The position numbers and the translations under genes were made by a program. From Lentimonas sp. (GTDB lineage Bacteria > Pseudomonadota > Alphaproteobacteria > Rickettsiales > UBA1997), in contig JBLHVR010000003.1 of NCBI GenBank assembly GCA_047628655.1, positions 1 to 50,078 on the forward strand: a DNA stretch of 50,078 nt, in the 5' to 3' direction. Below, piece by piece: positions 8,931 to 18,265 of the stretch. Below the pieces are notes generated by a model. The model did not search any database. It was not told the DNA's origin and saw only the letters and a program-made list of their open reading frames with translations. Positions within the stretch are counted from its first letter, which is position 1. Each line of letters starts with the position of its first letter.

Positions 8931-9643
8931 AAAATAAACTTTACGAAGGAAAAGCAAAAATTCTTTACACAACGGAAAATGAAAACGAGCTGATCCAATA
9001 TTTCAAGGACGATGCTACTGCTTTTAATAATGTTAAAAAAGACGTTATTGCCGAAAAGGGAATTTTAAATAATTTTATTTCGGAATTCTTAATGTTGAAA
9101 ATGGCAGAAGCTGGTATTCCAACTCACTTCCTTAAAAGACTAAATGAGCGTGAACAACTGGTTAAAAAGGCTAAAATTATTCCTTTAGAAATTATTATTC
9201 GAAACATCACCGCTGGATCAATGGCCAAAAGACTAGGTATTGATGAAGGAATTGTGCTTGATAAAACAATTTTTGAACTTTGCTTTAAAGATGATTCTCT
9301 TGGCGATCCTTTAATTAATGACAATCACGCCATCACAGTTCTAAAGGCTGTAAATGAAACACAATTAGATTTAATTAAAAAATACACTTTCAAAATTAAT
9401 CAAATTCTTCAAGATCTTTTCTCTCAAATTAATATTAGATTAGTCGATTTTAAAATTGAGTTTGGCTTTGACGAAAATGATCGTATTATTCTAGCTGACG
9501 AAATTAGCCCCGATTCTTGCAGACTTTGGGACAAAGACAATAATGAAAAAATGGATAAAGATCGCTTCCGCAGAGATTTAGGCGGACTTGCTGAAGCTTA
9601 CAAAGAAATTGCCAATCGTTTTGGAATAAAAATTAACAATTAA
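8927..9643 (+). CDS. purC: Phosphoribosylaminoimidazole-succinocarboxamide synthase
   Basis: LYEGKAK, FKDDATAFN, LVDFKIEFG, LADEISPDSCRLWD, DKDRFR. Confidence 0.97.
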   Translation: MKNKLYEGKAKILYTTENENELIQYFKDDATAFNNVKKDVIAEKGILNNFISEFLMLKMAEAGIPTHFLKRLNEREQLVKKAKIIPLEIIIRNITAGSMAKRLGIDEGIVLDKTIFELCFKDDSLGDPLINDNHAITVLKAVNETQLDLIKKYTFKINQILQDLFSQINIRLVDFKIEFGFDENDRIILADEISPDSCRLWDKDNNEKMDKDRFRRDLGGLAEAYKEIANRFGIKINN

Positions 9644-10875
9644 TGATTTCAAAAAACAAAGGGCAAATAGTTGCCTGCTTAGATATTGGAACCACCAAGC
9701 TAGTATGTTTAATTGCATCAATAAACAATAAAGGAATTACTCTCTTAGGTTACGGCTACCGTGAATCTAGGGGAATTGTTTCGAGCGCCATTTCCGACAT
9801 GAAACTGGCGCAAAAAGCAATTACCAATGTTATTTGCGATGCCGAAAGAATGGCAGGCATAAACATTGACGAGCTAATTATTGGTCTTTCTGGCGCAGAA
9901 ACTATTGCACAGCAAAAAGTTGGAAAAATTAAAATTGCCGGTGACATGGTTAAAAGTTCCGACATCTCTAATCTGGCTCATCAAATTCGCTTAGCTTACA
10001 TAAAAGCAAATCGTGAAATAGTTCATCTCATGCCTTTGCAATATCGCATCGATGATTCCAGTCCAGTTCAAAACCCTCGCTACATGAGTGGAAAATTTCT
10101 TTCCGCCAAATTCAACATTGTTTCTGGATCACTTGGCACCGTTAAAAATATTGAAAATTGCCTAAAAAGATGTCATCTTTCGGTTTACAACTACATCTGT
10201 GAGTCCTATTCCTCGGCGCTTTGTGCCTTAAGTAAAAACGAATTAAGTTTAGGAACAGTTCTAATTGACATTGGCGGAAAAGATGCCTCGTTTTGCGTTC
10301 TAATGGATGGAAAATTGGTTTACACTGGAAATTTTGGCGCTGGCGGATTGCACATCACCAAAGATATTGCCTCAATTTTAAATATTAATTTTGATACCGC
10401 CGAAACCATCAAAAACCTTAATAATTCTCTAATAATTAGTCGGATTCAAGAAAGAGAGAACATTAATTTAACCAGTGAAGATTTTGACATTTTCGACTCC
10501 AAAAGAATCACCAAAGGAATGTTGCGCGACATCATTAAATCTCGTGTTGAAGAAATATTAGAATCGGTAAAAAAGAAATTGGAAAAGAATGGTTACGGAG
10601 CCGCCGTAATTAGTAATGTGGTTTTATCTGGCGGTAGCGCCAACATTATTGGCATTGACAAATTGGCCAATAAAATCTTCTCAAAACCAGTTAGAATTGG
10701 CTATCCGGCAGGAATAAATAATATTCCTGAAGTGTTTAATGACCCTTCCTTCTGCAGCGCTTTTGGAATGTTGATTTTTCTAAAAAATGTTTATTCTAAA
10801 GATAAAGTTAAAAATAGTTTTGAAACTAAAAATGGTTTTTTTGGTAAAATTATTGACAAATTAATGGCAATTTAA
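9643..10875 (+). CDS. ftsA: Cell division protein FtsA
   Basis: LDIGTTK, VLIDIGG, GGLHITKDIA, VVLSGG, VRIGYP actin-fold motifs. Confidence 0.92.
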   Translation: MISKNKGQIVACLDIGTTKLVCLIASINNKGITLLGYGYRESRGIVSSAISDMKLAQKAITNVICDAERMAGINIDELIIGLSGAETIAQQKVGKIKIAGDMVKSSDISNLAHQIRLAYIKANREIVHLMPLQYRIDDSSPVQNPRYMSGKFLSAKFNIVSGSLGTVKNIENCLKRCHLSVYNYICESYSSALCALSKNELSLGTVLIDIGGKDASFCVLMDGKLVYTGNFGAGGLHITKDIASILNINFDTAETIKNLNNSLIISRIQERENINLTSEDFDIFDSKRITKGMLRDIIKSRVEEILESVKKKLEKNGYGAAVISNVVLSGGSANIIGIDKLANKIFSKPVRIGYPAGINNIPEVFNDPSFCSAFGMLIFLKNVYSKDKVKNSFETKNGFFGKIIDKLMAI

Positions 10876-10880
10876 TTATT

Positions 10881-12257
10881 TTATTTCTCTGCCAAAATTG
10901 CCTTTTGAACCACAATTGGCGAAGTTCCACCAAAACTAGTTCGACTTTTAACAGAATTTTCAACCGTTAAAACTGAAAAAATATCTTCAGTAATTCCAGC
11001 CTCAATTTTCTTCATTTCATCCAAAGTTAAATCTGACAAATCGCAATTTTTATCTTCCGCCATTTTTACCAGTTCCCCGGTAATGTGATGACATCTTCTA
11101 AACGGAATTCCAAGATTTTTAACCAACCAATCCGCTAAATCTGTGGCGGTGGAAAAACCTTGCCCTGCCATTTTATGCATGTTTTCTTTATTAACTTTTA
11201 AGTCAGAAAGCATGCCATTAATTGCTAAAATACAGATGCGAATATTTTTGTGACAATCGAAAACTGGCTCTTTATCTTCTTGCAAATCTTTTGAGTAAGC
11301 CAAAGGCAGGCCTTTAATTAAGGTCAGCAAATTAATTAATGAGCCAAAAATTCTGCCCGATTTTCCGCGAACCAATTCCGCCGCATCGGGGTTTTTCTTT
11401 TGTGGCATTATTGAACTTCCAGAAGTGAAGGAATCGGAAAGGGAAATAAAGTCGAAACCCTTACTCATCCAAATTACAATTTCTTCAGCCAAGCGAGAAA
11501 GATGGCCCGCCAAAAGCGCCGAATTGCTAGTAAACTCAATAGCAAAATCACGGTCAGAAACAGAATCTAAAGAATTTTTAGTTGGAGAATCAAAACCCAA
11601 AAGTTTGGCGGTTAATTCTCGATCAATTGGAAATGAAGTTCCGGCTAAAGCAGCGGCTCCAAGTGGGCATTCATTCAGCCTTTTTCTGGCATCAGAAAAA
11701 CGAGAAATATCCCGCTTAATCATCTCAAAATAGGCCATTAAATGGTGAGCAAAAGAAACTGGTTGAGCAGTTTGAAGATGCGTGAATCCTGGCATTATTG
11801 TTTCTAAATTTTCCTGAGCGCGAACCAAAATGGTTTTTTGTAAATCACCCAATAACTCGTTAATTTCATCAATTGCGTCACGAACATAAAGTTTAAAATC
11901 TGTGGCAACTTGGTCATTTCGCGAGCGAGCAGTGTGAAGTTTTCCAGCCACATCGCCAATAATTTCGGTTAATCTGCCTTCAATATTCAAATGAATATCT
12001 TCGAGATCTTTTTTAAAGACAAATTTTTCATCAGTAATTTCCTGCTCAATTTTCTTTAATCCTGCAATGATTTTTTCAACTTCCGGAGCGTTTAAAATTC
12101 CCACCTCACCAAGCATTGTGCAATGCGCAATTGATCCGGCAACATCTTGAGTGTAAAGTTTTTTGTCAAAATCAATCGAAACATTAATTGCTTCCATAAC
12201 TTCCGCAGGAGCATTTTCAAAGCGCCCGCCCCACATTTGGTTAGATTTTTGAGTCAT
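10881..12257 (-). CDS. argH: Argininosuccinate lyase
   Basis: [55 protein letters not shown]. Confidence 0.97.
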   Translation of the reverse strand: MTQKSNQMWGGRFENAPAEVMEAINVSIDFDKKLYTQDVAGSIAHCTMLGEVGILNAPEVEKIIAGLKKIEQEITDEKFVFKKDLEDIHLNIEGRLTEIIGDVAGKLHTARSRNDQVATDFKLYVRDAIDEINELLGDLQKTILVRAQENLETIMPGFTHLQTAQPVSFAHHLMAYFEMIKRDISRFSDARKRLNECPLGAAALAGTSFPIDRELTAKLLGFDSPTKNSLDSVSDRDFAIEFTSNSALLAGHLSRLAEEIVIWMSKGFDFISLSDSFTSGSSIMPQKKNPDAAELVRGKSGRIFGSLINLLTLIKGLPLAYSKDLQEDKEPVFDCHKNIRICILAINGMLSDLKVNKENMHKMAGQGFSTATDLADWLVKNLGIPFRRCHHITGELVKMAEDKNCDLSDLTLDEMKKIEAGITEDIFSVLTVENSVKSRTSFGGTSPIVVQKAILAEK

Positions 12258-12328
12258 TTTAAGTTGATTTTAAATTGAAATTTTTTAAGAAGATTGAATC
12301 TTAAACAGTGAGAAATAATTAAACAATT

Positions 12329-12382
12329 TTTTAGAGACATTACAAACATGCTACCGGTAGCATGTTTGTAATGTCTCTAAAA
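12329..12382. repeat. 54-bp perfect loop-less palindrome between rnd and argH
   Basis: TTTTAGAGACATTACAAACATGCTACC|GGTAGCATGTTTGTAATGTCTCTAAAA; all 27 pairs checked. Confidence 0.95.
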
Positions 12383-12383
12383 T

Positions 12384-13454
12384 TTAACTTATTAACTTTT
12401 CTAATTCTTCGCCAAAAACCTCGTAACGCCAGCCAGAAAGAGATTCTTTAACAGATTTATTTCCTAAAACAACACTTTCAAGATTAACGCGATTAATGAT
12501 TAGTTGAAAGTTTACTTGGTATTTATTGGCCTGAATTTGCAGAATATCCTTACTTTTTTGAAGAATTTCTTTTTGTGATTTATTCATTCGAAATACAATC
12601 ATTTTACTAGAAAACTCCAAATCCTTCACCGAATCTCTATTTTCAAGCACCAGGGCAACTTCATCTCTACGTCTAGATTTAAAGTTCAAATCATCTAAAG
12701 CCGCAACTCCTCCCAAAGCAATCATTTCAATCATGTCATCTCTCATCACATACCCTCTTGGAACATCTTTTTTTCTAGATTTTTCATCACGCCAATTAGC
12801 CAATAAAACAACATTCTGACAATAAATTTCATCCTTATTTCCCAAGGAAAATTTCTTCAAAAGATCATCTTCGTCGGTGGCTTTTTTAACATTTAATTCC
12901 ATTTCATCTTTGGCCCAACTGCGTTTATTTTCCAATTTTTCTAATAAAATTTGGTAAATTTCTGGCAAATATTTTACATCAATTTTAGCGTAAGTAGTTT
13001 GATCTAAGCTAAGTGGTCTTTGGCGCCAATCACTTCTTTGGCATTCCTTATTAACTTCCTCACCAATTAAATCGCGAACTAAATTTTGGTAACTAATATT
13101 AAACCCAATCCCACATAAAGCGGCCATTAATTGAGTATCAAAAATTGATTTAGGGGTAAAATTTTCAACATTATTGTTGATGGCACTTTGCAGAAAAACT
13201 TCCAAATCTTGACGGGAAGAATGTAAAATTTTAATTATTTTTTCATCAGCTAAAATACTGTAAAATGGCCCCAAATTAAGTTTGGATAGGGTATCTATTA
13301 AGTAAAATTTTCCAGCAACGTTAATTTGAATTAAACAAAGAATTGGAAAATAGGTTTTTTCACGAATAAACTCGCTGTCAATTGCGGCAATTTTATGTTT
13401 TTTTATTAAATTGCAAATTTCTTCAAGATCAGATTGCTTGGTAATTAAGGGCAT
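12384..13454 (-). CDS. rnd: Ribonuclease D
   Basis: AIDSEFIREKTYFP.LCLIQI, HSSRQDLE, FDTQL, SDWRQRPLS, YAKIDV, HRDC-like WRD..R..DVPR, GWRYEVFG. Confidence 0.92.
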   Translation of the reverse strand: MPLITKQSDLEEICNLIKKHKIAAIDSEFIREKTYFPILCLIQINVAGKFYLIDTLSKLNLGPFYSILADEKIIKILHSSRQDLEVFLQSAINNNVENFTPKSIFDTQLMAALCGIGFNISYQNLVRDLIGEEVNKECQRSDWRQRPLSLDQTTYAKIDVKYLPEIYQILLEKLENKRSWAKDEMELNVKKATDEDDLLKKFSLGNKDEIYCQNVVLLANWRDEKSRKKDVPRGYVMRDDMIEMIALGGVAALDDLNFKSRRRDEVALVLENRDSVKDLEFSSKMIVFRMNKSQKEILQKSKDILQIQANKYQVNFQLIINRVNLESVVLGNKSVKESLSGWRYEVFGEELEKLIS

Positions 13455-13461
13455 TAATTTA

Positions 13462-14277
13462 TTAATTGAGTTTTAATTCCACAGCCACAGGGCAATGGTC
13501 GGAGGGTTTTTGACGATTCATCATTAATTCATCATCCATAAAGGCAGATTCGATTAAATCGGTGGCTTTGGGAGACGTTAACAAATAGTCGATTCTCATT
13601 CCCTTATTGTAGCCCCAGCAATTGCCGCGGTAATCCCACCAGCTGAAATTTTGTAATTCAGGTTTTTTCATTCTAAAACTGTCATCTAAACCCAAATTTA
13701 AAAGAGCGCGCATTTTACGTTTTTCATCATCGTGAAAACAAAGTTTGTTTTTTAATCCTTTAGAGTCAAAAACATCAATGTTTTCTAAAGCAACATTGTA
13801 ATCGCCTCCAAAAACTGCAATTTCGTTGAATCTTAGCAATTTTTGCATTCTGGCTTTTAGCCCATCAAAGAAATTCATTTTGTAGATAAATCTCTCACTT
13901 TCATTCAACTTTTGACCCTCTTCCAAAACCGCCCCGCCATTTGGAACATAAATTGAAGCAACTCGAATTGCTTGGTTTGGAAGTTCAATAACGGCCTCAA
14001 TGTAGCGTGATTGAACATCGTCAATATTGAAATTTCGAACCACATCGGCAATTGGAAATTTAGACAAAATTGCCACACCATTGTAGCTTTTCTGGCCAAA
14101 AACCTCGCAATTGTAACCCAAATCTTCAATCTCCGCTAATGGAAATTTTTCATTCTCACATTTAATTTCCTGCAATAAAACTACATCTGGCTTAGTTTCA
14201 TTTAAATAAAATAAAACACTATCTAGCCTTGCATTAACCGAGTTCACATTCCAAGAAACAATTTTAATTTTTGTCAT
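13462..14277 (-). CDS. xth: Exodeoxyribonuclease III
   Basis: SWNVNSV.AR, LQEIK, GQKSYNGVA, YVPNG, GGDYN, FSWWDYR, G.RIDY, PSDHCP. Confidence 0.95.
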   Translation of the reverse strand: MTKIKIVSWNVNSVNARLDSVLFYLNETKPDVVLLQEIKCENEKFPLAEIEDLGYNCEVFGQKSYNGVAILSKFPIADVVRNFNIDDVQSRYIEAVIELPNQAIRVASIYVPNGGAVLEEGQKLNESERFIYKMNFFDGLKARMQKLLRFNEIAVFGGDYNVALENIDVFDSKGLKNKLCFHDDEKRKMRALLNLGLDDSFRMKKPELQNFSWWDYRGNCWGYNKGMRIDYLLTSPKATDLIESAFMDDELMMNRQKPSDHCPVAVELKLN

Positions 14278-14295
14278 TTTAATTGTGTTAATTTT

Positions 14296-15183
14296 TTACA
14301 AAAAATTTGGCTTTTTACTTTCAATAATTAATTTTTCACCAAAAAAATCATCAATCTCAACTTTTTGACTGTGCAAACAAAGTCGATTAAAACCTAATTC
14401 TCTGGAAGATTTTTCTCGTCCACCATATTTACGATCACCAATAACACTGTGACCCATTTCTTTACAATGAACCCGAATTTGGTGCATTCTGCCAGTAATT
14501 AACTCTAACTCAAGAAGGCTGTAACCTTCAAATTCCTGCAAAATTTTGTATTTAGTAATTGCCTCTTTTCCTTCTTCGCTTTTAAAAACTTTTTTAATAT
14601 TTCCAAAAACTCTTTCCAAAAGCGGAATGGAAATTGTGTCTTCCAATTTTTTTGGAACCCCAAAAACCAAAGCTAAATAGGTTTTTTTAATAGTTTTATT
14701 TTTGAAGCCTTCATTAAGAATTGTTGCAGATTTGCGATTTCGCGCCAAAAGCAAAATTCCACTAGTGTCACGATCTATTCTGTGAACCAATCTGGGAGTT
14801 TCTTCTTTGTCAAATTTTAAATAAGGAAGAGCTGCGTCAATGCTGAAATCTTCAACATTTCCAGCTTGAACCGCAATTCCTTCGGGCTTGTTAATTGCCA
14901 AAATATTTTCGTCGCGGTAAATGACGGCTTTTTTAATTAAGGCTATTTTCTCTTCACTAACTTTTGACTTCTGCTTAGGTGATTTTTTCAGCGATTCCAC
15001 CCCAAATATTTCTACAAAATCTCCTTCTTCAAGCCTAACATCGCCAAGGGATCTTTTGGAATTAACCTTAACATTTTTTTTGCGTAGAATTTTTTGCGCC
15101 AAAGCGAATCCAAAGCCATTTTTAGCTAAAAATTTATCCAAGCGCGAACCCGCATTGTCAATATCTACTCGGATTTTATTCAT
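14296..15183 (-). CDS. rluC: RluA-family pseudouridine synthase (RluC-like)
   Basis: S4 domain RLDKFL, NKPEGIAVQ.G, LVHRIDRDTSG, TGRMHQIRVH, GDRKYG. Confidence 0.85.
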   Translation of the reverse strand: MNKIRVDIDNAGSRLDKFLAKNGFGFALAQKILRKKNVKVNSKRSLGDVRLEEGDFVEIFGVESLKKSPKQKSKVSEEKIALIKKAVIYRDENILAINKPEGIAVQAGNVEDFSIDAALPYLKFDKEETPRLVHRIDRDTSGILLLARNRKSATILNEGFKNKTIKKTYLALVFGVPKKLEDTISIPLLERVFGNIKKVFKSEEGKEAITKYKILQEFEGYSLLELELITGRMHQIRVHCKEMGHSVIGDRKYGGREKSSRELGFNRLCLHSQKVEIDDFFGEKLIIESKKPNFL

Positions 15184-16623
15184 CTAAAAAGTAATTAAAT
15201 ATTTGGTTAAAAAGGGAAAAGAAAGCAAAAACAAAATTGCTGGAATTAGAATAATTGGAAGCATTAAAGCAAAATTAAGCTCTAAATTTTTACCAGCATT
15301 TCTTAATTGCGAATTGTGCGGATTTTTTACCAGCATCGGCCAAATGAGTTTTACAGCTAAAAACAAAATTAAGCCAATATTTAAAGCTAAAATAATAATA
15401 TTAATTAATGAATTTTCACGAGAAGCATCTTGAAAAAGCCAGAATTTTTCCACAAACCCAACCGCTGTAATTAAGCCTGCAAAATTTAGGAAAATAAAAA
15501 TTAAAGCCAAAACGTTAAGTTTTAAAGGCGCAAAAATTCCAACAATATTTGGGGTTTTAGAAGATTTTAAATAAAGGCCAATGTTGGAGAAAATTAAAAA
15601 AACCAAGGCTTGGCCTAATAAAAAGGAAGTGGAAATGATTTGCATTCTTTTGGCATTTAAACCAAAAAATAGGAATATTATTACCAGCAGAATTAATTGA
15701 TTAAAAAATAAATAAACCAAAATTTGTTTTAAATTTTGTGAATAAATCGCCAAAAAAGCTGACAAAAATAAATTGGCCACCAAGAATATTAGCAGAAAAC
15801 TATTTTGATCAATTAGGGAGTTAAAAAGTTGCGCTCCAAAAATTCCGAAAATCACTTTCAGCAATAAAATTATGCTCAAAAAACCGAAGGAAATTAAACT
15901 TAAAATTAAAATTGGTGGATTTAAAAAATGTAGATTTTTGAAGAATAGGTAGAAAGGAGCAAAGGCAATTGCGCAAATTGCAATTAAATAGAATGCAAAA
16001 ATTAAGAATAATTCAGAAACATTACCTCCTCCGAAAATTCCTTTGGAAACAAATTCAATTTCTCCAATTTTAAAAAAAGTCATTGAAGCTGCCAAAAAGA
16101 AAAAGATTGGCGAAATGACCAGAAAAATTCCAAAATTTCTAATCGATTTAGCAGATTTTTTTCCAGCAAAACAACTTAAAGCAAAATAAATTACTAAACT
16201 TAGAAATTGATAAAAGAACAGCAAAGTAAGTAAATTTTTACTTAAAATTAAACCAGCTATTAAGAAAATAATTAGAGGTAAAAAGAAGTTAAAATAGGCT
16301 TTGTGATCTTCTTGTTTTAGCGCTGAAAAATATTGTTTAGAGTAAATTATTAAATTCAACCAAATAATTGCCAAAGTCAGTAAGAGAAACTTATTTTTTG
16401 CAGAAATATTTAAAGCCAAAACAAAATCTGATGGCATTCTGAGGAATTCCAAAGAAAGCAATTCTAAAGAATAATTGTCTCCTAAGTTCCAACTTTGAAC
16501 AAAAAACAATATTGCAAGAAAAGTTGCAGAAAAATGTGCAAATTTATCAATTTTATTAAATTTTAAGACAGAAAAATTAATAAAAAGTGAAATAAGGGGA
16601 ATAAAAGGCAGAATTTTAATCAT
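15184..16623 (-). CDS. Divergent proton-conducting membrane transporter (MrpD/MnhD/NuoL-like antiporter subunit)
   Basis: Very hydrophobic 479 aa; YSKQY, NLLTLLFFYQ, NLKQILVY and GFVEKFWL align with MnhD-family motifs but are degenerate. Confidence 0.7.
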   Translation of the reverse strand: MIKILPFIPLISLFINFSVLKFNKIDKFAHFSATFLAILFFVQSWNLGDNYSLELLSLEFLRMPSDFVLALNISAKNKFLLLTLAIIWLNLIIYSKQYFSALKQEDHKAYFNFFLPLIIFLIAGLILSKNLLTLLFFYQFLSLVIYFALSCFAGKKSAKSIRNFGIFLVISPIFFFLAASMTFFKIGEIEFVSKGIFGGGNVSELFLIFAFYLIAICAIAFAPFYLFFKNLHFLNPPILILSLISFGFLSIILLLKVIFGIFGAQLFNSLIDQNSFLLIFLVANLFLSAFLAIYSQNLKQILVYLFFNQLILLVIIFLFFGLNAKRMQIISTSFLLGQALVFLIFSNIGLYLKSSKTPNIVGIFAPLKLNVLALIFIFLNFAGLITAVGFVEKFWLFQDASRENSLINIIILALNIGLILFLAVKLIWPMLVKNPHNSQLRNAGKNLELNFALMLPIILIPAILFLLSFPFLTKYLITF

Positions 16624-16644
16624 TTTAGTTAATGAGCGTTTAAT

Positions 16645-17997
16645 TTAAGCTAATAATTTAGAATCGTCGCACCCGACAATTTCCACTTCAAAAATATCTC
16701 CAACATTAACATTTTCTGGAACTTCACTTAATTTTGCCTGTAAAAAATTCTCGCATCTACCAATATTTCCATTTTCCAACAACATTTTCTGCTTTGTTCC
16801 AATAAATTTTGTTAGGAACTTTTTAAGTTCCTCATCTCCGGCATCGCGAAGTAATTTCGCCCGATCTTTTTTAATTTTACCATCTACTTGAGGCATTTTT
16901 GCGGCCGGCGTTCCTTCTCGAATTGAATAAGGGAAAATGTGATTAAACACCAATCCTGTTTCTTTAATTAAATTTAAACTTCCTAAAAACATTTCTTCAG
17001 TTTCGGTTGGAAATCCGGCGATAATATCTGAACCGAAAGCTGCTTCCGGCCTTAATTCTCGCACTTTTTTACAAAAATTAATCACCTGTTCTCTGGTGTG
17101 GCGGCGCTTCATTCGCTTCAAAATCATGTTGTCACCCGACTGCAAAGAAATGTGAAAATAAGGCATGAATCGTGGTTCATTTTTGATGATTTCAAGCATT
17201 TCATCATCAATTTCTGCCACATCAACTGAAGAAAGGCGAAGGCGTGGAAGCTCTGGAACTAATTTAAAAAGCCTGTTGATCATTTGCGAAAGGCTGAGAT
17301 TTTCGAATAAATCTTTACCGTAATCGGTAATATCAACTCCAGTCAAAACAACTTCCCGAAAGCCACTTTCAACTAATTTTTTGATTTGCTCGACAATTTG
17401 ACCAAATCCAACCGAGCGATTATTTCCTCGGCCGAAAGGAATGATGCAAAAAGTGCAACGATGATTGCAGCCATTTTGAATTTGCACAAAAGCACGACTT
17501 TTACCTTCAAAATCTAACACCATATGCTGCGCCGTATCCTTGATTGACATGATGTCATTAACGCGAATTTTCTCGGTTAAATTTGGGTCAAGCAGATTAT
17601 TTTTTGATTGTTTAAATAGTTTATCTTGGTGAATAGTTTGAGAATTGTGATTAATGTTATTTTTTTCACTAATTTCTGGAAATTTTTCATTAGCGGTTAA
17701 ATAATTATCACTTTCCGACTTTTCAACATTTCCAAGAACCAAATCAACCTCGCCCATCGCCGCATATTTTGCAGGATCAATCTGCGCGGCGCAGCCAGTC
17801 ACCACAATTTTTGCATCTGGATTTTCCTTGTGAGCTTTACGAATTGCACTACGCAAGTCTCGCTCTGCGGCGGAAGTTACGGCGCAAGAATTAAACACGA
17901 TTAAATTTTCTTCCTGCGATTTTTCAACCGCCTGTTTGATTAACTCGCTTTCAACAATGTTCAATCGACAGCCGAAAGTTATTATTTGATTAGTCAT
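16645..17997 (-). CDS. mtaB: tRNA t6A37 methylthiotransferase (radical SAM)
   Basis: TFGCRLN..ESE, NSCAVT, VTGCAAQ, CNHRCTFCIIP, HIFPYS.REGTPAA. Confidence 0.95.
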   Translation of the reverse strand: MTNQIITFGCRLNIVESELIKQAVEKSQEENLIVFNSCAVTSAAERDLRSAIRKAHKENPDAKIVVTGCAAQIDPAKYAAMGEVDLVLGNVEKSESDNYLTANEKFPEISEKNNINHNSQTIHQDKLFKQSKNNLLDPNLTEKIRVNDIMSIKDTAQHMVLDFEGKSRAFVQIQNGCNHRCTFCIIPFGRGNNRSVGFGQIVEQIKKLVESGFREVVLTGVDITDYGKDLFENLSLSQMINRLFKLVPELPRLRLSSVDVAEIDDEMLEIIKNEPRFMPYFHISLQSGDNMILKRMKRRHTREQVINFCKKVRELRPEAAFGSDIIAGFPTETEEMFLGSLNLIKETGLVFNHIFPYSIREGTPAAKMPQVDGKIKKDRAKLLRDAGDEELKKFLTKFIGTKQKMLLENGNIGRCENFLQAKLSEVPENVNVGDIFEVEIVGCDDSKLLA

Positions 17998-18265
17998 TAT
18001 TAGTTTTTTAAAGCTTTCTTAATTATTGCGGAAAACGACCACCTGTATTTTTTTCCGGTACCGAGTTTGGAGATCTACCGATCTAAAAACCAATTTCACT
18101 CGGAAGATTAGGTATAAACAAGTTAGAATTTGAAATTCTATCTCCCTAGCAAAAGCAACAAGAATGATGATGATCTTACTCTCAAAATAAGCCAATCTTT
18201 TATAATAGATATTAATAAGAGTTTTTCCAACAATTGTTAATTAATGGTAAAAACCTAGATATTGT

